From Azolla caroliniana (taxonomy: Eukaryota > Plantae > Polypodiophyta): a stretch of DNA of 64,000 bases. The DNA lies in the NCBI GenBank assembly GCA_043228905.1, contig JBHGNT010000001.1, positions 16,244,001 to 16,308,000 on the forward strand. Direction: 5' to 3'. Each line of letters begins with the position of its first letter. Position 1 is the stretch's first letter. Shown in pieces: positions 1 through 9,500 of this stretch. The notes below the pieces were generated by a model. That model worked only from the letters and a program-made list of their open reading frames with translations. It had not been told where the DNA came from and searched no databases. Both the position numbers and the translations under genes were made by a program.

Positions 1-444
1 CCGTCATCAATGGTTGATATAAGAAGTATAGACACCTAGTAGGAAGTCTAATTTTCCTATGCAACACTAGGCCGGATATTTGTTTTGCAGTCGGTGTGGT
101 GAGTTGATTCAGTAACAAGCCGAAGGAGACTCATTGGAAAGTTGCACTACGTGTATTACAATACATTGTGGGTACTTTAAATTACGGAATATTCTAAAAG
201 CCAACAATTGACGAACTTAGTGGATATTATGACTTCGATTGGGTTGGAGATAGTGATTCCAGAAAATCAGTTTCTGGATATTGTTTTTCAATAGGCTCTA
301 GAGTTGTTTCATGGAGTAGTAAAAAACAACCAACTGTGGCACTATCTTCAACGGAGGCAGAATACAAAGCAACATGCATAGGAGCATGCGAGGTAGTTTG
401 GCTAAGAAGAATACTTATGGATGTGGCGGTTCCAATAAGGACGG

Positions 445-1715
445 TGTCGTGTGGTTTTTCACACATGATATAAAAACTATGTAAAATAATAATAATGAAA
501 TAATTATTTTAGATTAGATTAGTAGCTTATTATAGAAAGATGGATGTACTCAAGAGCTTTAAAACGCATTTCACTACATACAAGATGGAAGTTATGAGAA
601 CATAAAGTTTGAGAAGATAGGGAAAATAGAATTTTGAAGTATCCCACATAGATAGGAAACTTAAGGCCCTGGCTATATAAGCACATTGAGATCCCTCATT
701 TTTCATTTGTGCTAAGAGCACTTTAGCCACTTTGTCTAGATAGATGAATGTGGCCAAGTTCCTAAAAACCGACTGGCAATAAAATGGAACCGGAACCGGC
801 CAATAATAAAATCAAAACCGGTCAGAAAGAAATTTAGAACCGAACGGTAAGCAAATCGGAACCGGCTAGTAAGCAAACCGGAACCGGCCGGAAAGCAAAC
901 CGAAATCAGCTGGTAATCATCGAATTGGCCGGTTATGGAACCAGAATTGGTTGGAAAGCAAACCGGAATTGGTCGGTAAGCAATCCGAAACCGGCCGGTA
1001 ATCAAATCGAAACCGGTGAAACCGGCGAAACCGGCAATTGGATGAAGTCGGAAACCGGGCGAAGCCGGCAACCGGAAATCGGCGACCGAACGAGGCTGGA
1101 TGCGGACCAGACGGATTGGATGGGCGGCGATCGAGACGGACGGATGATAGGATCATGTGGCAAATTAAAGTAAAGTAAAGGAGACTAAAGTAAAGGCCAT
1201 GTGGACAGTCGCATGCAACTAAAAGAAAAAGGCATGCAACTAAAAATGGATGCAACTAAAAGTAGAGGCCATGCAACTAAAAGTGGGCATGCAAAGTAAC
1301 AGTGAAGGGATGATCAACGGAGAACTCCATATATAATCCTCTTTTTTTTTACACTCATCCACTCTCTCTGCATTTTTCTTTTTCTTTTCCTTCTTAGCTC
1401 CCTTATCTTATCGAAGCCATAACACTCAAAAACCCTAATTTTCCTTACGAAATCCATAAACCCTAATTTTCCCTACGGAAGCAATATCTCTCAAAACCCC
1501 TAATTTTTCCTTTCTATTATTCTCAGTAAACCTAAAACTTTGGAATCCCAATCTTGGGACATATTGTAATTTATTTTCCTTTGTTAATGAAAATTACTAA
1601 ATTTTCTCCTTTCTATTAATTGTTAAAAGTATAAACCCACGAATGTGATGTCCTCTAGTAAGAGGCCTCGGGGTCCTGCCTCAAGTTCACATATCCTCGT
1701 CATATTTTCGCGACA
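445..1715 (+). mobile_element. Solo LTR (1271 bp), TGTCGTG...CGCGACA, 4-bp TSD ACGG
   Basis: ACGG at 441-444 and 1716-1719. Host Copia sequence resumes across it. TATA-like TATATAA near 1329 followed by a pyrimidine tract. Same termini as the elements at 1785 and 30584. Confidence 0.85.
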
Positions 1716-2451
1716 ACGGCAATGGTATTGTGTGACAATTAGAGTTGCATGGCCATTGCCAAGAACCCCGTATTTCATGCACGATGTCGTGATGTGGCAT
1801 GTCTAGTGCGAGAAAAACTCAAAAATTGAGGATCCACACACATTTCACGAATACTTGTAAAAATGAAAATAAATAAACCTAGGTCACAATGGCATTGAGT
1901 GCATGTAGAGGGTTGCAAGTAGGATTTGAACCTTGCACCTCTAAGGTAAGAGGCAATTACCTTACCACTAAAGCTACTACAAACTGCTTTAGATGTTCTA
2001 TATTTCTTTCTCATATTCAGTATTCCATAGGAAACAAACGAACAAAACTGTGTACACAAAACCACGGTTTTAAGCCCATGGTTTCCTGCATGTCACAAAG
2101 CAAAACTGTGTGCACAAAAACCATGGCTCCAAGCCCATGGTTTTGTGCATGGACAAACCTATAAAACCCCTAGTACGGCTTGTGTAAGGGGGGGCTCAAT
2201 ATGATATGACCATCATCATCACCATCAATAATATAAGCTTCTATTTCTTCTTCTTCGCATCTATCTTGTAATTATTTATCTACTTTTGAAAGTGTACAAT
2301 CTTCAATCTTCTCAAGTGTAATAGGTCTTCCTCCAATCTTACATTCACATCGTCCTCTTCTCAATACCTTGACGGACATCCTCCTTGGTCCAAGACCCCG
2401 GTGGTCCCACTCAAGCGAAGCACGCTCGCACGCGCATCTTCGCGACATTTT

Positions 2452-2468
2452 TGGTGAACCCGACGTGA
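2452..2468 (+). promoter_or_regulatory. Primer-binding site complementary to the tRNA-Trp 3' end
   Basis: Reverse complement TCACGTCGGGTTCACCA matches the plant cytosolic tRNA-Trp 3' end as recalled. It lies 4 nt after the LTR. A CpG-decayed copy TGGTGAACCTGACATGA is at 32749-32765 (-). Confidence 0.75.
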
Positions 2469-2484
2469 AGAGCGGTAGGGGAGG

Positions 2485-4833
2485 ATGAAGATGGACGAGG
2501 AAAATCTAATGAAGGCAATGTCAAAGATGATGATGGTGTTTTCAAGAGAAGGGAAAACACGAGATGCAGCCCAACAAGCTGTCGAAAGCATGATCAAGCG
2601 AGTCGGGTTTTTCGATGGAGGCGAAGTCCAAATATTTCTAAAGGCCTACAATGCCGAAATGGATTCAAGAGGAGTGGAGGAAACAATGAGGTTGGAGTAC
2701 TTTTGTCGAGTGGTGGCCAAACCGATCTTCGAAGAGATTAAAGAGATTCAAAAAACTCACGATTCGTGGGTGTCCTTCAAAGAAGCTTTACGAGAGTCAT
2801 ATGGTTACGAAGAGCAAAAGGGACGAGGTATGTATGAGTTTCACAAATGGGTGTCATCGAGAAAGACCCACCAGAGTGCTATGCATACATTTGTTGAGTT
2901 TGAGTATCGATTCGCTCAACTCTCGGACCGGGATCGAAGATTGGTGGGGGTGAATAAAGTTCTACTGTTTGTAAAGTCAATCGATCGGAATGAAAGGAAG
3001 GCCATTGGAATCCAACTCGAGGATGACAATGGTGAAAATGGCCTCACTGAGGATTGGGCCAAAGTGGAAAGGGTATGCCGACAACACGATAAGAGGGAGA
3101 TGAGATTCTCATCGACAACAACACGACCCACAAGGGATGTTCAAAGGAGAATGGGATGTGGCAATAAAAACCCACCGAAGGAAGAAAGCTCGAAGAGGGA
3201 AGCTTCGACAGAACTCAACATAGAATCCTTGATGAGAGAGGCATTCATGAACTTAAAGGCACAAGTCGAGGTTGAAGAGAAGCTGAAAATAAAACCGAGG
3301 AAAATGGTGATCGACGAAGAGGAGACCTCCCGACAAATGCAGACTAATGATGCGGCCAATACGAAGGCCCAGGTTCGGTATGACAGTACCATGGGAGAAG
3401 GTGTGAAACAAACCACCTTCTCGACTTATGGAGGAACGACGGTCGAGAGAAGGGCCGAAGACTCGAGAGCGGGAAATGCTGCTTTAAGAGTGGACGAGCA
3501 TTTTGGAACACATGTTGTGTCCGAAATATCGAGTAATGAAGGTGCAAGCATGAGGGAAGCTTGCTGTATCAAGGGATGTAAAGAGTGCGAGGTCGACGTG
3601 ATTGAGGTGGTAGCCACGAGGAACGACATCGAGTCGCAGATGGCTAAGGAAGAGGCCACGACGAATGACCGTGTCGAGACTTTCCCAACACTTGATCTAG
3701 AGACTTGGGCAGTTGCGTCCAAGAGCCAACATGAGACCCAAGAGACGGAAAGTGATGGGGAAGAAAATATTGAAGACAATGCGAATAACAACATTGAGCG
3801 AAAGATGGCTACAGATGAGAAGACGGTGACCGATGGTGTCGACGTTCTCCCCACAATTGTTCCTGAGACTTCGGCAGTTGTGCTCGAGTGTCAACGTGAG
3901 ACCGGAGAGATGGAAGGTGACGGCAAGAAATCAAAGGACCAAAGCGGCGATGAGGACGATGACCACGGACGAAGGGATCCCTCCACACCGGTTCCGGAGA
4001 CTTCGGCAGTTGTGCCCGAGAGCCAACATAAGACCGAAGAGATGGAAGGTGGCGGCGAGGAGATGAGGGTCGAAGCCAGCACATACAAAGGAACGATGGC
4101 CAACAAGGAGGCCAAAAACAAAGCTACAATAGAGTTCGATGAAGAGCCAAAGAGCGGCAAGAAAGGAAGAACCGGAATACAATCCGGATGGAAGATGACT
4201 CGGTTGGTATTCCGACCCGAACGGAAGCCGACCCGGACGAGAGTTGATCAACCAGGCCCGACCCAACTAAAAACCGGACAGAAACTAACCCGAACGAAAG
4301 TCGATCATCTAAGTCCGATTCGGCCGAATGCGAATCCGAACGAAGGCCGACCAAGCCAGAAGTTGATTGGTCGAGACCGATCCCAACAGAAGTTGAGCCG
4401 GCCTAGACAGAGGTCGAAGCAAACGAGCCGCGACATCCAGTCGAGGCTGTTGAGCAGAAGGAAAGGCAAGCATGAGACGAGAAAGGATGATAAAGGAAAG
4501 TTAAGTGACCAAGGAGATGGCCGAGATGAAGGTGGCACATGCACGAGGCATGAAGCGTTATGCTCGGGAGGAGCACAGGGAGCCATGACAACTAGACATG
4601 GCAATAAAAAAGGTGAGCGAATGATATGGTGGATCGGATGGCAACGACAGTTTGAAGTAGACGACAAAAAGACGGTGCGGACGAGGCACAAGAAAGGAGG
4701 AAATCAAACACCAACCACCTTTGACCCTTCCACATCACTCTTTTCTTCTTGGCACATACCGGAGGATGTGCGGTTTGGTGGGGGTGGATGTCGTGATGTG
4801 GCATGTCTAGTGCGAGAAAAACTCAAAAATTGA
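2485..4833 (+). CDS. 782-aa Gag-like protein with long acidic, repetitive then basic C-terminal region
   Basis: N-terminal GFFDGGEVQIFLKAYNAEMDSRGVEETMRL aligns with the Gag of the Gypsy at 32471-32785 (GQFNGKDVSNYLKAYKVEMLMRDIPEDRRL). Uninterrupted ORF ending 45 nt inside the 3' LTR. Confidence 0.8.
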   Translation: MKMDEENLMKAMSKMMMVFSREGKTRDAAQQAVESMIKRVGFFDGGEVQIFLKAYNAEMDSRGVEETMRLEYFCRVVAKPIFEEIKEIQKTHDSWVSFKEALRESYGYEEQKGRGMYEFHKWVSSRKTHQSAMHTFVEFEYRFAQLSDRDRRLVGVNKVLLFVKSIDRNERKAIGIQLEDDNGENGLTEDWAKVERVCRQHDKREMRFSSTTTRPTRDVQRRMGCGNKNPPKEESSKREASTELNIESLMREAFMNLKAQVEVEEKLKIKPRKMVIDEEETSRQMQTNDAANTKAQVRYDSTMGEGVKQTTFSTYGGTTVERRAEDSRAGNAALRVDEHFGTHVVSEISSNEGASMREACCIKGCKECEVDVIEVVATRNDIESQMAKEEATTNDRVETFPTLDLETWAVASKSQHETQETESDGEENIEDNANNNIERKMATDEKTVTDGVDVLPTIVPETSAVVLECQRETGEMEGDGKKSKDQSGDEDDDHGRRDPSTPVPETSAVVPESQHKTEEMEGGGEEMRVEASTYKGTMANKEAKNKATIEFDEEPKSGKKGRTGIQSGWKMTRLVFRPERKPTRTRVDQPGPTQLKTGQKLTRTKVDHLSPIRPNANPNEGRPSQKLIGRDRSQQKLSRPRQRSKQTSRDIQSRLLSRRKGKHETRKDDKGKLSDQGDGRDEGGTCTRHEALCSGGAQGAMTTRHGNKKGERMIWWIGWQRQFEVDDKKTVRTRHKKGGNQTPTTFDPSTSLFSSWHIPEDVRFGGGGCRDVACLVREKLKN

Positions 4834-5659
4834 GGATCCACACACATTTCACGAATACTTGTAAAAATGAAAATAAATAAACCTAGGTCACAATGGCATT
4901 GAGTGCATGTAGAGGGTTGCAAGTAGGATTTGAACCTTGCACCTCTAAGGTAAGAGGCAATTACCTTACCACTAAAGCTACTACTAAGTGCTTTAGATGT
5001 TCTATATTTCTTTCTCATATTCAGTATTCCATAGGAAACAAACGAACAAAACTGTGTACACAAAACCACGGTTTTAAGCCCATGGTTTCCTGCATGTCAC
5101 AAAGCAAAACTGTGTGCACAAAAACCATGGCTCCAAGCCCATGGTTTTGTGCATGGACAAACCTATAAAACCCCTAGTACGGCTTGTGTAAGGGGGGGCT
5201 CAATATGATATGACCATCATCATCACCATCAATAATATAAGCTTCTATTTCTTCTTCTTCGCATCTATCTTGTAATTATTTATCTACTTTTGAAAGTGTA
5301 CAATCTTCAATCTTCTCAAGTGTAATAGGTCTTCCTCCAATCTTACATTCACATCGTCCTCTTCTCAATACCTTGACGGACATCCTCCTTGGTCCAAGAC
5401 CCCGGTGGTCCCACTCAAGCGAAGCACGCTCGCACGCGCATCTTCGCGACAACGTACTAAACACATACAGATTCAGTATCACTATGTGCGGGAGCTAATA
5501 AATGATGAGACTGTTGAGCTTGAGTATTGTCCGACATCAAAAAATGTTGCGGATATCTTCACAAAGGCACTTGGAGCAGAACATCTACAACAACACCTTC
5601 GACGACTAGGAGTTGGCCCAATTCCAAGTGAACTCAATGGGTTGACCATTGAGGGGGCG

Positions 5660-6050
5660 TGCTAGATATAATCAATGATCAACCCCAAGTTGTAAATCTA
5701 TCCCCATATGTGCTCTTAGAGTGCATATTTTGTGATAGCGCCCCAAATGAGGAGCGGCTAGTGTGCAACTCGACCATATGGGTCGATAAGGTGTTAATCT
5801 AGGAAACTGTAGATGCGTAGGACACAATGGATTTAGGAAAGAGAAAAATAGGTAATAGGTTTGGCTAATCAAATCAACTAGAATATTTTGTGGGCAAGTT
5901 ACGATGTACTTAGTCTTGAAGTATGTGCCATTGACTTCAAGATAAGTACTATCTAGCACTAGTCTGTATCTAGGGAATTTGGTCATATTAAATGACAAGT
6001 CTGTTGATAGAAAAGGAATATCTCAACTACTATCAACTGACATGCACATT
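5660..6050 (+). repeat. 3' LTR remnant of Copia A, right end not defined
   Basis: Starts TG directly after the PPT. Non-coding until Copia C integrase sequence appears at about 6055. Confidence 0.55.
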
Positions 6051-6516
6051 TAATGTTACACTTATAACCCTTGTGTTCGTCCGAGAAGCCTACGAGAATG
6101 CACTTATTAGCTTTGGCATCCAACTTCCTCCTCTTCTCTTTCGGCACATGCACATAGGCAATGTTGCCAAATACCTTCAAGTGTGCTCCATTCAGCTTCC
6201 GCACGAAATACAACTTATGCGGTGACACCTTTGCTCCAGAAGCAGAAATCTGATTCTATATGTAAATAACCGTCCTGACCGCTTCGGCATAGTAGAACTT
6301 AAGCATATGCTTCTCCTCAAGCATTTCCCTTAACTCTTCCTCAATTGTCTGATTCTTCCTCTCAGTTACGCCATTTTGCTCCGGCGTATGTCTGTCAGAG
6401 AATTCGTGTAGAATTCCCTCCTTCTACAGATCGCTTGAGAACTGGTCGGAAAAATACTCTTTTCCGCCATTGGTCCTAAGGCATTTGATGTTTTGGCCAG
6501 TCTCCCATTTGACAAG

Positions 6517-9500
6517 TGTTGAGCAGCAAGCTCAACCGGAGCCGGATCGGTTGAATAAGCGAGATGAATCGGTATGCCGGTGAGCAACCGAGCCGGTAAG
6601 CAGTAAGGACCGGTGAGCTGGGGAGCCGGTATGCCAGATCCAATCCGTAACCGGAAGCCTAGTATAGGTTAGACTACTAGGCAGTTATAGTCTCGTAGTT
6701 AGTGTCAGACGCTCGTGTGAGCATTGAAGTACACCGTACTTCTAACAGTCCCGTGTGGACTTGTATAAATAGCGCTGATGAGCGCGTTGTAGATACAGAG
6801 CACAGAGTATTCATATAATTTTTGAAAAATAGTGTGTCTTGCTCTCTCTGTCTCTCTCTGTCTCTCCCACGTACTCTCTGTCTCTCTCTCTCTCTGTGTG
6901 TATTGTTCTTTCTAACGCTTCCACCAGCAATCTTTGACATGGTATCAGAGCACGTGGGTTGAGAACCTCTGCTGCAGACATCTACGCTTGTGAAGGAAAC
7001 CCTAACAGATCGGAAAGCAGACACAAAAGGAGAAATGGACAGAGGTATGGCTACGTCGCTCCCGGTGGAGAAGCTCGACAGAACAAACTACGCATCTTGG
7101 TCATACAAGATGCACCAGTACTTGCTTGGGCATGGCTACTAGAGTTATGTCGACAGAGTGAACGACTCAGCACCGGAGACGACACACAAGGACTTCCCAG
7201 TGTGGGAATAGGCGGCAAGCAGGGTGATGTACTGCTTCGCGTCTAGTGTTCGTGACCAGCTGCTCAGCCATATCCGTGACGCCAAGACACCGAAGGATTC
7301 TTGGGGAAACTTGAAAAAGGTCTTCGCCGCAAGCACCACTGCCCGGAAGCTGCAACTCAGACATGAGTTGAGCAATGTTCGACAGAAGAACATGTCAGTA
7401 GCAGATTACACAGCCCAAATCAAAGGGATCTGTGACGCGCTTGCCTCTTTAATGTCACCATAGAGGAAGACGAGATGGTGCAGGTCTGTCTTTGAGCCCT
7501 AGCGTCCAAGTTCGGAGCTTTCCAGACTGCGGTTTGTACAAGGGAGAATACGCCCTCATTTTTCGACTTACAGTCGATGCTCCTTGTAGAGGAGAACCAC
7601 GCCGATGCATCTACCAGTGCATCCCCAGACAGCCGGATGTTGTACACAGGAGTGGATCGGTCCCACGTGCGTGGTGGACGAGGCAGGTCGGCACACAATG
7701 GAGGCGGCCGGCAAGAGCAGGAACGAAGGCACAGTGAGTGTGCCGACAGCAATTCCGGGATTTCCACAAGCAGGGGGAGTCCAGGTGGTGCCAGAGGCCG
7801 GCAAGACAAATCCGCTACGGAATGCTGGTACTGTGGCAAAAAGGGCCACATGGAAAGCGAGTGCTGGAGAAAGCGTGCCGATTCGGACAAATCCGGATCC
7901 AGCAAGACCGGTAAGGAAGGCCAGCAAAGCTCGCACTACGCAAACAGATCGGGAGGATCCAAGAACGGTAAGGGGCCAGCCTTGGTGATGAAGCACAAGG
8001 AAAACTCAATGACGAAGACCACTTCCAAATCGGAGGAAGTGTGGTACGTTGACTCCGGCGCATCGAACCACATGACGAGCCACGGGGAGTGGTTCTCCTT
8101 TTTGGAGAAGCCGAATCAATCGGGAGTTATCGAAACCGGAGACGACACTCCCCACCCAATCGTGCTCGTCGGAGAAGTCCCTTTGAGCCACGTCGGACAG
8201 AGGGGGAAGCTAATGAATGTATTACATGTTCCGACGATCACGAAGAACCTGTTGTCGGTCAGACAGATCGTCGACCAGGGGATGCAGGTGCGGTTTACGC
8301 ACCTCGGGTGCTTCATTGAGGATGAGGGCGAAGTTATTGTACAAGGGCGCAGAGATGGGAGGATTTTTATCCTCAACACCAATGACGTCGGCACCGCACT
8401 GTTCGCCAAAGGACAGAAGGTCGAGTCGGATATCGACCTGTGGCACAAGCGGATCGGCCACGTCAACTACCGAAGGCTTCAAGACCTGCAAATGGAACAA
8501 GTCGTTTTCGGTTTGCCGAAGTTTAGCGGCCGGAGAACCCAGATTTGTGAAGCCTGCCAACTCGGGAAGCAACACCGGCTTCCATTCCCCTACGAAAGAA
8601 ATTGAAGCCGTAACAAGCTCGATCTTATCCACTCGGATGTGTGGGGACCGGCACAAAATGTTAGCATTGGCGAGAGTCGATATTTCGTCTCCTTCATCGA
8701 TGACTACACGCGGCATACGTGGATCTACCTCATTGAGCGGAAGAGCGGAGTCTTCGAGTGTTTCCGGAGCCTCCAGAAGATGGTGGAACGGGAATCAGAG
8801 AGGAAGATCAAATGCCTACGGTCGGATGGTGGAAAAGAGTACTTTTCGGGCCAATTCAACAGCTATCTGCAACAAAAAGGAATTCGGCGAGAATTCAGTT
8901 GCAGATACACACTACAACAGAACGGTGTGGCCGAAAGGAAGAATCAGTCGCTGATTGACGTGGCTAGGGCAATGCTGGAGGAAAAGAGCATGCCCAAGTT
9001 TTACTGGGCGGAGGCGGTCCAAACGGTCGTTTACATCCAGAACCAGATCGGGGACAAGGTGTCAGCTCACGAGTTGTATTTCGGGTGCAAGCCGAATTTG
9101 AGACACCTCCGGATATTCGGCAGCATAGCCTATGTACATGTGCCGGATGAGAAGCGGAGAAAGCTGGATGCAAAATCAGAAAAATGCATCCTAGTCGGCT
9201 ATGCTCAAGAGCAAAAGGGGTATAAGTGTTATAACCCCCGGACGAAGCAGGTCCGAGTCAGCCGAGATGTCAAGTTTGATGAATTGGCATCGTGGTATTC
9301 CATACCAACTCCGACTTCCGATCCCGACCCGATGTCGGAGGATGGGGCTAGTGAGCCTGAACCGGCCCAGGTAGAGAAAGATGAAGCCGGGACTCAAGAT
9401 GAGAGTCCGGAATCATTCCGGTTAAGCGGACCGAATGAGGGACTGGATCAGTCCAACCAGTCGGATGATGAGACGGCGAGTAGTGGGGACTCTGTCGTGC

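Larger units (their letters stand above)
1785..5451 (+). mobile_element. Young non-autonomous gag-only LTR retrotransposon (Phygy/Selgy-like Gypsy group)
   Basis: LTRs 1785-2447 and 4789-5451 (663 bp each, only 2 differences seen by eye). PBS TGGTGAACCCGACGTGA 2452-2468. PPT TGGTGGGGGTGGA ending 4788. TSD ACGA/ACGT. No pol motifs. Confidence 0.92.
1..5659 (+). mobile_element. Copia host A: degenerate RT end/RNase H, split into 1-444, 1716-1784 and 5452-5659 by two insertions
   Basis: Reads [38 protein letters not shown], then [15 protein letters not shown]|TKHIQIQYHYVRE..NVADIFTKAL once the inserts are removed. PPT-like GAGGGGGCG at 5651-5659. Confidence 0.9.

Noticed and set aside
736-1255. 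ORFs of 82-112 aa in the first solo LTR
   Set aside because: They arise from stop-poor AACCGG repeats and have no recognisable domain.
1912-1985. Functional tRNA genes at the A/B-box modules
   Set aside because: Stems and anticodon loops are imperfect and all copies lie at fixed positions inside LTRs. Reported as tRNA-like modules instead.
2916-4804. Many minus-strand ORFs under the 782-aa ORF, and similar ones under the pol regions
   Set aside because: Antisense shadows of coding sequence with no independent motifs.
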